DNA of 64,000 bases, from NCBI RefSeq assembly GCF_047718555.1, contig NZ_JBDNRK010000011.1, forward strand, positions 26,209 to 90,208, read 5' to 3'. Source of the DNA: Clostridium sp. (GTDB lineage Bacteria > Bacillota > Clostridia > Clostridiales > Clostridiaceae). How positions within the stretch are numbered: position 1 is the first letter of the stretch; every line of letters starts with the position of its first letter. The notes under the pieces are model-generated. The model was not told where the DNA came from and did not search any database. It worked only from the letters and a program-made list of their open reading frames with translations. A program made the position numbers and the translations under genes. Shown here piece after piece: positions 20,858 to 30,876 of this stretch.

Positions 20858-21637
20858 TTAATTCATAAGTTCTTCTTTTATCTTTTCTAAACCTATACTT
20901 ATACTCAATTCAATCTTGCCATTGTCCTTTTCAATAATGGCACTGTCATTCTCTATGAAATTATCTTCTATAACAAATATCTCACCTTTTAAAGGTATTT
21001 GTTTCTTCCAAAGTTCCACAGCATCACTTAGTGAATTATAATGAAGACTGTTGCATTTTATAATTATAAGAGCACTATTTTTAGCTGTAGACACTGCATC
21101 ATAGATCATGTCATCAATGCCCTGTTCTTCTTTAACTTCTCTCTTTAAAATTTGCTTAGCGATAAAAAGAGCCAATTCTTTTATATTTACTTGCTTATCC
21201 AAAAGATATTTTTCATATTGGATTTTTGCACTATTAATAAGATTAGAAGCATTGTTTTCAGCATTAGACATAATATTATCAGCTTCTGCTTTGTTTTTTT
21301 CTATAGTTTCATTGTAAGAATCATTATAGCCCTGCTGTTTTCCTTCTTCATAGCCTTTATTATGGGCTTCATTTTTCATAAACTCAGCATCATTAATAGC
21401 TTTAACCCTTATGTCTTCTGCTTCTAATTTTGCCTTTTCTATAATAGCCTTAGCAATTTCATCAAATTTATCTATATTTTCACTACCATTATTTTTTATT
21501 ATATCTTTAATTTCTTCCAAAGACTGCTGCTTCTCTTCTATATTACTTTCTGTAATTATTTCTTTTTTCCCTTGAGCAATTACTTTAGTATTCTTAATAA
21601 CACTAGACGATAATGGCATCTTCTCCACCTCTCGCAA
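20858..21637 (-). CDS. fliH: Flagellar assembly protein FliH
   Basis: KGYEEGKQQGY repeats; lies between fliG and fliI. Confidence 0.85.
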   Translation of the reverse strand: MREVEKMPLSSSVIKNTKVIAQGKKEIITESNIEEKQQSLEEIKDIIKNNGSENIDKFDEIAKAIIEKAKLEAEDIRVKAINDAEFMKNEAHNKGYEEGKQQGYNDSYNETIEKNKAEADNIMSNAENNASNLINSAKIQYEKYLLDKQVNIKELALFIAKQILKREVKEEQGIDDMIYDAVSTAKNSALIIIKCNSLHYNSLSDAVELWKKQIPLKGEIFVIEDNFIENDSAIIEKDNGKIELSISIGLEKIKEELMN

Positions 21638-22616
21638 TTACTATTTCACCGGCGTCATCCAATCTTCTTATTATGCCAACAATCTTCTGCTGTGCCTTTT
21701 CCACATCAAGAAGCCTTACTGGACCCAGGAACTCTATATCCTCCTTTAGTGCAGTAGAAGCTCTCTTAGATTGATTTCTGAAGATACAGTTTGCCACCTC
21801 TTCTGAAGAGCCTTTAAGTGCCAATGCCACATCCTTATTATCAAGCTCTCTAAGAACTCTTTGTATAGAAACATCATCCATAGTAACAATATCCTCAAAT
21901 ACAAACATAGATTGCTTAATTTTTTCAGCAAGTTCTTGATCCTCTTTTTCAAGTTCTTCTGTAATGTTCTTTTCAGTAGTTCTATCCACCTGATTAAGAA
22001 TGTCAACTATTGTTTCCACTCCTCCAAGTACAGTTACATCAGATCTAACCACGGAGGACAATTTAGTATTCAACACCTTTTCAATTTCCTTTATTACCAT
22101 AGGCGATGTATTACTCATAGTTGCAATTCTATAGGCTACTTCACCCTGAAGCTCTTCTGATAAAGCTGACAGTATCTGACCTGCTTTATCAGCTTGAAGG
22201 TAACAAAGTATAAGTGCTATAGTTTGTGGATGCTCACTATTAATTACATTTAACAATTGATGAGCATCCGCTTTTCTTGCAATAGAAAAGGGTCTATACT
22301 GTTCTGTAGCCTCTACAACTTTTTCTAATATTTCTTTAGCCCTTTGACTTCCAAGAGCCTTTGAAAGTAGATCTTTTGCATATTCAATTCCACCTTCAAG
22401 TAAATACTCTTTAGCCTTATTCATTTCTATAAACTCTGCCAGTATTCCCTGTCTTTGCTCTTTTGTAACAGAAGTCATATTTGCTATTTCATAGGTAATC
22501 TTTTGTATTTCCCTTTCAGGTAATCTTTTTATTATTCCTGCCGATGTCTCCGGCCCCAAAGTTATAAACAGTATAGCAGCCTTTTGTATTCCAGTTAATT
22601 TTTTATCAGTAGCCAT
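21603..22616 (-). CDS. fliG: Flagellar motor switch protein FliG
   Basis: KAAILFITLG, EHPQTIALIL, MFVFEDI, GPVRLLDVEKAQ. Confidence 0.97.
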   Translation of the reverse strand: MATDKKLTGIQKAAILFITLGPETSAGIIKRLPEREIQKITYEIANMTSVTKEQRQGILAEFIEMNKAKEYLLEGGIEYAKDLLSKALGSQRAKEILEKVVEATEQYRPFSIARKADAHQLLNVINSEHPQTIALILCYLQADKAGQILSALSEELQGEVAYRIATMSNTSPMVIKEIEKVLNTKLSSVVRSDVTVLGGVETIVDILNQVDRTTEKNITEELEKEDQELAEKIKQSMFVFEDIVTMDDVSIQRVLRELDNKDVALALKGSSEEVANCIFRNQSKRASTALKEDIEFLGPVRLLDVEKAQQKIVGIIRRLDDAGEIVIARGGEDAIIV

Positions 22617-22622
22617 ATACCA

Positions 22623-24212
22623 TCACCCCTCATTTTCTGAAATCCAAGCCTTAACGACATCAGCAACCTGATCTGGTTTCGTGCTAGCATATTTTTTAAC
22701 TTCGTTTTCTATATGTGATTTTTCATCTTCCTGTTCAAAGTCTATAGGATCATATTTAACCTGTTCCTTTGGTACTATACTGTCATCAATTATAGCATCA
22801 AGACTTGTAGTCTCATCTTCATCTTCTTCTGCTGCTTTTCTTCTCCTTCGCACTAGCACAATTATACCTGCTGCAATTGCAGCTATTACAGCTGCAGCCC
22901 CTATGCCAATTGCAGTATATAGTCTCATTCTTTGCTGTTGCTGAGCCTGCTGATTCATCTGATTTAATGCGTTTCTTGCATTATTTTGAAGTGTAGTATC
23001 AAATCTCATTCCCTCAACACTAATACTGTCACCTCTTTGCTGATTAAAACCTACAGCCTGATTTACTATATTGTTTATAGATGCCTGTTCATTTGCGGGT
23101 ATATTAGCTTCATTCACCACTATAGAAACTGTTAACCTGTTTATATTTCCAGGTGCTACTTCTGTTTTTGTTTCCACTCTATTGGTGTCATAATTTCTAA
23201 TGGTTTCGTTATGGGTGGCATTACCATTATTATTGTTATTATTATTAACTATTTGATTAGAATTAACATTATTATTTGTAGGACTTGCCCCTGCTGCTGC
23301 AGTAGTACCACCTGGAGTCACGTCATTAGTATTATGTTCACTTATTACTGTTGGATTGCTTATAGTTGTAGAATTTTGCTGAGTGGAATCAAAATTCATA
23401 TCAGCATGAACCTGTACTTTAACATTATCCCTGCCATAAATAGGTACTAATTGATTTAATACTTTTTCTTGAAGTTGTTGTTCTTCCTTTGCCTCTATAT
23501 CATTTCTTTGAGCAGTAGTTGCAGACACATCTTGATTGCTGCTGTTATTTAAGTCACTACTTAGTAAGGTCATATTGTCATCTACCACCTGTACATCATT
23601 GGGTGATAAATTCTTAACCCCTCCAGATACTAAGGATACAATTGCCTTTACTTGATTTTTAGTTAAAGTTTGTCCTGGTTTCATCTTTAAAAATACAGAA
23701 GCCTTAGCAAGAGAGCCATCTCTAACAAAAACTGAATTATCTGGCATAACTATTTGAACTCTTGCATTGTCAATCTGTGGGAAACCTTTAATAGTCCTCT
23801 CCAGTTCTCCTTCCAATGCCCTCTGATACTGTACATTAAACTGCTGATCTGTCATTCCAAGCTGACTGCTGTTATCAAATAGTTCAAAACCTACACTGCC
23901 GCCTTTTATTGAAGTAGCATATTGTAATCTTAAATCATCTACTTTGTTTTCCGGTACATAAATAGTGTTTGTACTGGAATCTACTTTATATTCCACTTTA
24001 TCTGATTTTAATTTAGTTATGATGGCAGCTGAATCATTGGCATCCATATTGGAAAATAACACTCCATATTTTGTTTTACTTGAAGTTATGCCAAATACCG
24101 TTATAGCTGCTATTAATCCCACAATTAAAACGCCAATTACTATCTGCTTAGTTCTGCTTAAATCTAACCATTTATTTTTAAGCTTACCAAAAGTCTCTAA
24201 AAGCTTATTCAT
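22623..24212 (-). CDS. fliF: Flagellar MS-ring protein FliF
   Basis: GFELFD, RALEGELERTI, two TM segments, KPDQVADVVKAW. Confidence 0.95.
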   Translation of the reverse strand: MNKLLETFGKLKNKWLDLSRTKQIVIGVLIVGLIAAITVFGITSSKTKYGVLFSNMDANDSAAIITKLKSDKVEYKVDSSTNTIYVPENKVDDLRLQYATSIKGGSVGFELFDNSSQLGMTDQQFNVQYQRALEGELERTIKGFPQIDNARVQIVMPDNSVFVRDGSLAKASVFLKMKPGQTLTKNQVKAIVSLVSGGVKNLSPNDVQVVDDNMTLLSSDLNNSSNQDVSATTAQRNDIEAKEEQQLQEKVLNQLVPIYGRDNVKVQVHADMNFDSTQQNSTTISNPTVISEHNTNDVTPGGTTAAAGASPTNNNVNSNQIVNNNNNNNGNATHNETIRNYDTNRVETKTEVAPGNINRLTVSIVVNEANIPANEQASINNIVNQAVGFNQQRGDSISVEGMRFDTTLQNNARNALNQMNQQAQQQQRMRLYTAIGIGAAAVIAAIAAGIIVLVRRRRKAAEEDEDETTSLDAIIDDSIVPKEQVKYDPIDFEQEDEKSHIENEVKKYASTKPDQVADVVKAWISENEG

Positions 24213-24229
24213 CTCATGCGCTCCCTATA

Positions 24230-24550
24230 TTACACTTGCATTCTGTTTAATTCCTGATATGCCTCAACAATTTTATTTCTAACTTGCACTGCCAATTGAA
24301 GAGACATCTGTGCTTCCTGTCCTGAAAGCATAACCTGATGTACATCCACATTGTCCCCTTGTATGAATTGGTTAGTAATATTATCTGCAGCCACCTGTTG
24401 AGCATTAACTCCATCTAGCTTATCCTTTAATATAGAAGAAAAATCTAAACCACCATTGGTGTCAGTATTCACATTATTATTTGTGTTTGTTCCTACCATA
24501 CTATCTAGCTTTGCTATGCTGTTACTTGGAATAAATTGATTTATATTCAT
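24230..24550 (-). CDS. fliE: Flagellar hook-basal body protein FliE
   Basis: DVHQVML..QEAQMSLQLAVQVRNKIVEAYQEL.RMQV. Confidence 0.95.
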   Translation of the reverse strand: MNINQFIPSNSIAKLDSMVGTNTNNNVNTDTNGGLDFSSILKDKLDGVNAQQVAADNITNQFIQGDNVDVHQVMLSGQEAQMSLQLAVQVRNKIVEAYQELNRMQV

Positions 24551-24561
24551 AATTATCGCCT

Positions 24562-24996
24562 CTACCTTCCTATTCCTAATGCTGCTGAAAACATACTCTT
24601 TTCTGCTCCTATAGCGCTTACATTAGCTTCATAGGCCCTTGTGGAGGATATTAAATCTGCCATCTCATTTAATATATCTACATTGGGCATTGAAACATAG
24701 CCATTGGCATCTGCATCTGGATCACCTGGATCATAAACCCGTTTAAGGGGGGAATTATCATTCACAATTCCAACAGCCTTAACGCCCTTTAACTGATTTT
24801 CATACTGGCCAGTACCTAGATTCAGTTCTTTATCCAGATTTTCCTGGAATACAGCTATCTTTCTTCTATAAGGCTGCCCTGTTTGTTCACTTCTTGTAGT
24901 ATTCACATTAGCTATATTGGATGAAATTGTATCCATTCTCAGTCGTTCAGCAGAAAGACCACTAGAACTAATATTCAAAGCATTGAAAGCTCCCAT
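24562..24996 (-). CDS. flgC: Flagellar rod protein FlgC
   Basis: [37 protein letters not shown]. Confidence 0.96.
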   Translation of the reverse strand: MGAFNALNISSSGLSAERLRMDTISSNIANVNTTRSEQTGQPYRRKIAVFQENLDKELNLGTGQYENQLKGVKAVGIVNDNSPLKRVYDPGDPDADANGYVSMPNVDILNEMADLISSTRAYEANVSAIGAEKSMFSAALGIGR

Positions 24997-24999
24997 TTA

Positions 25000-25404
25000 T
25001 TAATTACCTCCAGTTATTACATATTTTTTAGCGGAAATCATGCCATTGGCCTTATTTATTAATGCTTCATACATTAATGTATTTTGCGCTTGATTAGCCA
25101 TTTCAGCATCAATATCTACATTATTTCCATCATTTTTCATACTGGCTGTAGTATCCTGTTTCACGCTGATTTCTCCAAAACCGCTTCCATCACTCATGTG
25201 CAAAGGATTATCCTTTTTCATAGTTATATTATCCATACTATTCTTAAGAGTATCCTCAAAGGATACATAATATCCTTTATAACCTGCAGTATTGACATTC
25301 GCTACGTTATTAGTTATAACCTGTCCTCTCGTACTTGCTGCATCCAAGGATTTTTTAACTAAATCATAGGTAAATTGGCTTTGAGAAATGTTACCAATCG
25401 ACAC
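25000..25404 (-). CDS. flgB: Flagellar rod protein FlgB
   Basis: NNVANVNTAGYK, DGNNVDIDAEM. Confidence 0.95.
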   Translation of the reverse strand: MSIGNISQSQFTYDLVKKSLDAASTRGQVITNNVANVNTAGYKGYYVSFEDTLKNSMDNITMKKDNPLHMSDGSGFGEISVKQDTTASMKNDGNNVDIDAEMANQAQNTLMYEALINKANGMISAKKYVITGGN

Positions 25405-25851
25405 AATATCATCTCCAATCTTGACATTAAATTATTTATTATTATTAAATTCTTCAATATATGCTACTTTTAATTATATGATAAATTATATTACATAATA
25501 ATACAATATTTGTTATTAATAAATTTTTTCTAATATTCACATAAATTTTAAACTTAAAAAATAATGTTATTAAAATTTAAATTTAAATCATAAAACTATT
25601 ATAGTAAACTTTTATTAAATATTCTATAAAATTATTTAAATTTATATATATATTAATAAAATTTTACAAATGTTTTACCACATTAAGGCACTTTTATAGC
25701 TTTTATGTAATTTTTATGTAATTTTTGTCATTTAGTAGAACTTCTTTGTACTGTCACCCATAAATAAAGTTCTATATATAAGATAAGCTTTTTGCTGCAA
25801 ATTTAAATATTCACTTTATAAAATATTTAAATTAAAAATACAATAATATAA

Positions 25852-25895
25852 AAAAGCTGATGTTTTTAGCTCCTAAACTAAAAATATCAGCTTTA
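25852..25895 (-). terminator. Terminator downstream of the second flagellin gene
   Basis: AAAGCTGATGTTTTTAG / CTAAAAATATCAGCTTT inverted repeat. Confidence 0.75.
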
Positions 25896-25936
25896 AACTT
25901 CTATATGATTGATTAAAATCAATAAAATACTACATC

Positions 25937-26809
25937 TTATCTAACTCGACTTAATATATTTAATATGTCCTGAGGAAATTTGTTTGTCTGTACCATCATC
26001 GCTATGCCTGCATCTACCAATATACCTGATTTAGAGTATTCCATTATTTCAGTAGCTATATCTGCATCACTTATACTGCTGTCTGCATCTTGAATCTTAT
26101 CAGATATTTCATTAGTGTTATTAAAACTATCATTGAATCTATTCTCTATTCCACCATAAACACTTCTAGCATGTACTACATTCTCTATAGCTGAATCCAC
26201 TAAACTAAGATTTGCATCTACAGAATTTTTAGATACATCTACAGTATCTAAAGTATTCCCTGTGGAATCCTGCATACCTGTTGTAACATTAAATCTTGGT
26301 ATAACAACACTATCTCCCGGATTTGCACCTACTGCTGCAGTTATTGTGGAGGCTGGATTTTTATTGTCATAAGGCACTCCACTTGTTGGTGAACTGGCAT
26401 TCAATAGTTTAACACCATTGAATTCAGTATTGTTTGCTGTATTATTAATATCCTGTTTTATCTGATCAATTTCCAGCTGAATATTTTTCTTATCTTCATC
26501 TGTGATCCCCGCTGCCCCAGAAGATACAACAAGTTGCCTCATTCTTTGAAGATCATCACTTATATTGTTCATACCACCTTCTGCTGCCTGCAACATACTT
26601 ATTCCATCCTGTGAATTTTTTGCCCCAGCTTGAAGTCCACGTATTTGCATATTCATTTTTTCACTTTTAGCCATAGCATTGGGGTCATCCTGTGCACTAT
26701 TTATTTTCTTCCCTGAACTTAATCTATTTAAAGCTCCGCTTTGATTATTAAGGTTTTTTGTATATGCATAATATATATTTAATGATGCTAAGTTATGACT
26801 TAATCTCAT
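25937..26809 (-). CDS. Short flagellin (290 aa), second flagellin paralogue
   Basis: LNRLSSGKKINSAQDD, LQRMRQL, TEFNG, ISDADIATEIMEY. Confidence 0.92.
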   Translation of the reverse strand: MRLSHNLASLNIYYAYTKNLNNQSGALNRLSSGKKINSAQDDPNAMAKSEKMNMQIRGLQAGAKNSQDGISMLQAAEGGMNNISDDLQRMRQLVVSSGAAGITDEDKKNIQLEIDQIKQDINNTANNTEFNGVKLLNASSPTSGVPYDNKNPASTITAAVGANPGDSVVIPRFNVTTGMQDSTGNTLDTVDVSKNSVDANLSLVDSAIENVVHARSVYGGIENRFNDSFNNTNEISDKIQDADSSISDADIATEIMEYSKSGILVDAGIAMMVQTNKFPQDILNILSRVR

Positions 26810-26847
26810 TTTATCAACTCCACTTAAAATGTTTTTTACTTTCTATA

Positions 26848-26875
26848 ATTATCGAAGAATTTAAATGAAGCTTTA
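26848..26875 (-). promoter_or_regulatory. Sigma-28 promoter of the short flagellin
   Basis: Minus strand TAAA-N16-TCGATAAT. Confidence 0.75.
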
Positions 26876-26921
26876 TACCACTAGAGTAAAATTTTTAATT
26901 TTCCAAATTAACGCCATATAA

Positions 26922-26945
26922 TTCCAAGTCACAGTTACCCTAGTG
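26922..26945. repeat. Palindromic island site, copy 1 (flanks B.X)
   Basis: TTCCAA-GTCACAGTTAC-CCTAGTG; 21/22 identical to 41078-41099. Confidence 0.8.
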
Positions 26946-28139
26946 CAAGATTTTTGCCAACGGAGTGAGCTTGCTACTCTCTTCACCTTCCATTTCTAAC
27001 TTAAATCCATTTATCTCTACATCTTCACTTAATTCAATTACAAGGCATCTAGTACCATTTTTATTAACAACTTGTTTAACTGAACTTAAATCTCTTGGAT
27101 TAATAATTATACTAGTATCTTCATTTTCAATTTTTATGGATTTACTTTTAAAATCTGGAATTATATTTTTTACCTTAAACTCGTAATCTCCTCCACAGAT
27201 TTCTTCAAAAGAACTTTCTAAAACTTCAGTATTCTCTATTCCACTATCTTCTAAAACCCTCTTAATTTCTTTCATATTCATAGTAGGTTCCTCTTCGTCC
27301 ATACTATCTTCTAATTTTTCATTTATTTTTTCATAAATTTCCTGCATAGCATCAGCTTTTATTTTATCACCAATTACATCATTCAATATAGCATTAAATC
27401 TCTCTTTTTCTTCTACAGCAGTCTGTTTTATACTACAATTTAAAACCTCTTCAACAAATTTCAAATTCAATTGTTTTGATTTTGAAGAATAATATACAAC
27501 TTTATTTACATCCATATTTCCATCACTAAAACTAGGAAACATAAATCCATCTAAAGGTGAATTTAAATTTATTGTAGTATCTAAGGCAGAATTAGGTTTA
27601 AAGGCCCTTTCTTCATAGTCAAATTTCAAAACTCTTTTAGGAATATCTACTTTGTTTATACTACATAAAATGAACTGGATAGCTTGTACAGAATCTTCTA
27701 TTGATTCATCTATTTCTTCTCTTCTTTTCTTGCTTCCTTTGTAGTACTCAGCTTTTACAAAATTTATTACTATATCTGTGTCATATGTATAGTTTTGAGA
27801 TATTTTTTCTACTATTTTATCAGCATATTCTGCTACCCTTTCTTCTGAACTCAATGCCTTATATAATACATTTTGTGTACTTTCTACTAAGTTTTCACTG
27901 TTAAAATCCAATTCAAATATTTTTGTATCTATGGTTCCAGTAAGAATCTTTTTAAAATTATTTAAATAAAGTTCCTTTTTCTCAATTTCTAACATATCAA
28001 AATAACTAAGTTCTTTTTTTATAATTTCATTATTGTCTTTTTTTAAATATATACTATATACTTCTTTTATAGACATCATATAGCTGTTTAATTTAAATTC
28101 TTTTCTTAAGTCAGCCAAATCTTTTTTATTCATAATCAT
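26940..28139 (-). CDS. DUF4317-like protein
   Basis: MNKKDLADLRKEFK.. N-terminus, LDGFMFPSFSD, acidic C-terminus; family recognised from memory. Confidence 0.7.
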   Translation of the reverse strand: MIMNKKDLADLRKEFKLNSYMMSIKEVYSIYLKKDNNEIIKKELSYFDMLEIEKKELYLNNFKKILTGTIDTKIFELDFNSENLVESTQNVLYKALSSEERVAEYADKIVEKISQNYTYDTDIVINFVKAEYYKGSKKRREEIDESIEDSVQAIQFILCSINKVDIPKRVLKFDYEERAFKPNSALDTTINLNSPLDGFMFPSFSDGNMDVNKVVYYSSKSKQLNLKFVEEVLNCSIKQTAVEEKERFNAILNDVIGDKIKADAMQEIYEKINEKLEDSMDEEEPTMNMKEIKRVLEDSGIENTEVLESSFEEICGGDYEFKVKNIIPDFKSKSIKIENEDTSIIINPRDLSSVKQVVNKNGTRCLVIELSEDVEINGFKLEMEGEESSKLTPLAKILH

Positions 28140-28343
28140 TACCTCAGCTTTCTCTTTAGGATAATTACATCCTAATAATATAAATTTAAGACTCCAATTT
28201 ATAATTTTATGCCAATAAATATTATTCTACTCAAAAGCTATAAATCCTCTAAAAATTCTATTTGCCTAATACAATGTCCGAATTATAATGCTAATGACCC
28301 TGAGATGATTGTTAAACTAAATTTTCATCCCAAGGGTCATACT

Positions 28344-29943
28344 TTAAGAGTAAACTTCCACAATTTTCTTTTCCTTTTCATTAATTTTAACCGTTACTTC
28401 TTCTACCTTTCCTGCCACTCCTTTAACTTTTCTAAAATCAAATATTAAAAGATAGCCTTGTTCTAACCCATACTGCTCTAAATATTTGCCTAGTTGTACA
28501 AGTCCTTTTTCATGATACTTATCTCCACGCCATATTTTCAGCTCCAATATATACATCTTTTTATTATAAGTTATAGCTATATCAAACCTTTTCTCTTCTC
28601 CACCTTTTCTCTTCTCCACCTTTTACTTCCTTAAAGGCAAAACCTGTGCCATTTATTATAGGACTTAAAAAAGCAAGAAATAATAATCTTCCATCTTCTT
28701 CTAAAAAGCCTTCTCTTCTCTCTGAATACTCATGTTTCATGAAATACTGAAACTTTAATAATACTTTAGCTATATCCAGGCTTCCATCTTTTTTTATAAA
28801 TTCTGATCTTTCATTGTAAAAACCTAAATTCGTAGAAGTCTCTATTATAGAACTCATATAATCGTATATTTTTTGTTCGTAAATTCTATTATGAAGCTTT
28901 AATTTTCCCTGCTCATCCTTAAATATTCCATATATTACACCCAAGTTTATAGTAGAATTATCTTTATTATAAGTAATTTCACTACCATCTACCGTTATCT
29001 TCTTTATCAATTCTTTTAAAGCAATATTATTTTCTAGATTTTTGATCAAACTATCAAAATTAGTATTGCTATCTTTTAAAAATTCTTTAACAGCTCTGTC
29101 CATATATTCCTTATCCCACTTTAGTTGTTTTATATCCATAATTTTTTCATCTATTATTTTACAAAGCTTACTCACAAGAAAAGGATATCCTGAAGTGTAA
29201 AAATAAAGTCTATCTGAAAAATACTCTTTATCTAATTTTACTCCTTTATTTTTTATGTAATCTTCCAACATAGTACCTATTTCTTCCTTTGAAAAACTCA
29301 TATCCACATCAAAATCTGAAGCTATATTCCAAGGACTGTTGTATTTGTGCTCTTCATCTGATCTTATCTTTAGTTTTAAACTCTTTACATCATGTACACC
29401 TGCTAATATTACACTATGAAAAGTCTTATCTTTCCCCGAATTTCTAAGTAAATATTTGTTTCTCAACATACCTAAAAAGCTCAAAAACATCTGATTGTTA
29501 CTGCTTTTATCTACTTCATCTATCATAATTACTACTTTTTTATTAACTTTTATAATGAACTTTGTTATAGCTCTTGATAAATCATTAAATGTCTGAATTT
29601 TATTCTTTTGTTCTTCCAAAAAGTCAGCCAAATCTTCATAATGTAAAAATAAGCTATCAGCCACTATTTGTAAAAATACTTTTACAAAGCGCTGCTCTTC
29701 TTGAAAAATCAAATCTCCTACACCTTCAAAGCTTATTGATATAGTTAAGTACTCAATATTTTTATCAAGGTTTTTTTCAAGCATATATAAAGTGGTTGTT
29801 TTTCCGTACTGCCTTGGTCTGTTTATTATAAAATACTCTTCATTTTCTATGAACTCCATTATATCATTTAATTTTTCTGATATATCTACCATATAATGCT
29901 TCTCTGGTATACATGTCCCCGTAACATTAAATTTCTTTTCCAT
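28344..29943 (-). pseudogene. AAA-like ATPase fused to a PD-(D/E)XK nuclease-like domain, frameshifted by a 16-bp tandem duplication
   Basis: RPRQYGKTT Walker A, IDEVD Walker B. Removing one ACCTTTTCTCTTCTCC copy restores FKEVKGGEEKRFDIAITY..ILELK..G..QL..YL. Confidence 0.88.
28586..28617. repeat. Perfect 16-bp tandem duplication causing the frameshift
   Basis: ACCTTTTCTCTTCTCC at 28586-28601 and 28602-28617. Confidence 0.95.
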
Positions 29944-30067
29944 TATTCTCTCACCCCACTTCTTGTATATATTTTACCACATTACATAACTCTTTAAACA
30001 CAAAAAAACTGCAAAATATAAAGTCTACAGTTTCCTCATTTTCATCCATTACATCAGCTCATTCACA

Positions 30068-30105
30068 TTTACTATTTTTTTCAAGTAACAGTTATCGTTA
30101 CAAAT
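30068..30105. repeat. Palindromic island site, copy 2 (flanks A.Y)
   Basis: TTTACTATTTTTTTCAA-GTAACAGTTAT-CGTTACAAAT. Confidence 0.7.
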
Positions 30106-30107
30106 AA

Positions 30108-30269
30108 GGCATTGAAAAAGGCAAAGAAGAAACTACCGTGAATCTTTTGAAGCTTGTAATCGATACAGAAATTATAGCTAAAAGCACAGGTTTAAGTTTA
30201 GAAAAAATACTTGAACTTAAGAAAAAATATGAAAACCAGAAGTTTAAGGATAATAAAAATAGAGACTAA
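30108..30269 (+). pseudogene. C-terminal remnant resembling Rpn/PD-(D/E)XK transposase-like protein tails
   Basis: GIEKGKEETTVNLLKLVIDTEIIAKSTGLSLEKILELKKK; no start codon, preceded by TAA, begins about 12 bp after the site core. Confidence 0.65.
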
Positions 30270-30299
30270 CATTGAAATATCAATTCTTTGTTAGTCTCT
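30261..30299. terminator. Hairpin between the convergent Rpn remnant and the Y1 transposase
   Basis: AGAGACTAACA / TGTTAGTCTCT 11-bp stem. Confidence 0.65.
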
Positions 30300-30321
30300 T
30301 TGAATATTAGCCTAATAACAT

Positions 30322-30876
30322 TTAACTAAACTTACTAATTGCAGACTCAACAAATCCCTTATACAATTCTCTATTCTTGTCTTTAAAATATGATAATATT
30401 TTATCACTACAACTTAATTTTTCTTTTTCATTACCAATGTACATAGAATAACTACTCCATTTATAAAATTCTGGTTTTTGGACCATCTTTGCTCTTACAG
30501 GATTTAAATGAATATATCTACTGGCCTCTAATACATAATTATCTTCCTGCATTATTTCTGCATTATACCTATCTTGAAATAAATGTCCTACATAATTATA
30601 TTTGTTATTAAAGTTTCTTGCATAAGACTTATTTATTCGGCTCATTAAATACCATATATGTTTTTCATTTGTTTTTATTTGAAGATGAATATGATTTGTC
30701 ATTAGAGTATACACAATAAGCTCATAACTATTCTCATAATAATCCATAGCTTCTTTCAAGTTTTCCAAATAAACTAAATAATCCTGATCATCTTTAAATA
30801 TATCACTTCTCCTATTCCCCCTACAGGTTACATGATACATTGCGTTAGGATACCATAGTAATTTTTTCTTTGGCAT
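30322..30876 (-). CDS. REP-associated-type HUH (Y1) tyrosine transposase (RAYT-like), apparently intact
   Basis: YHVTCRGNRR, MTNHIHL (HUH), GHLFQDRY, YIHLNPVRA, YKWSSY. RBS GGGGAG precedes MPKKK at 30876 (track start 30894). Confidence 0.88.
   Translation of the reverse strand: MPKKKLLWYPNAMYHVTCRGNRRSDIFKDDQDYLVYLENLKEAMDYYENSYELIVYTLMTNHIHLQIKTNEKHIWYLMSRINKSYARNFNNKYNYVGHLFQDRYNAEIMQEDNYVLEASRYIHLNPVRAKMVQKPEFYKWSSYSMYIGNEKEKLSCSDKILSYFKDKNRELYKGFVESAISKFS

Noticed and set aside
25405-25850. Possible invertible flagellar switch or c-di-GMP riboswitch upstream of flgB, as in C. difficile
   Set aside because: Very AT-rich; no ~20-bp inverted repeat pair and no GGCAAAC..GAAA..GACGCAAAG core seen.
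28209-28448. 79-aa plus-strand ORF between DUF4317 and the nuclease fragment
   Set aside because: Partly antisense to the nuclease tail, no RBS, no recognisable features.
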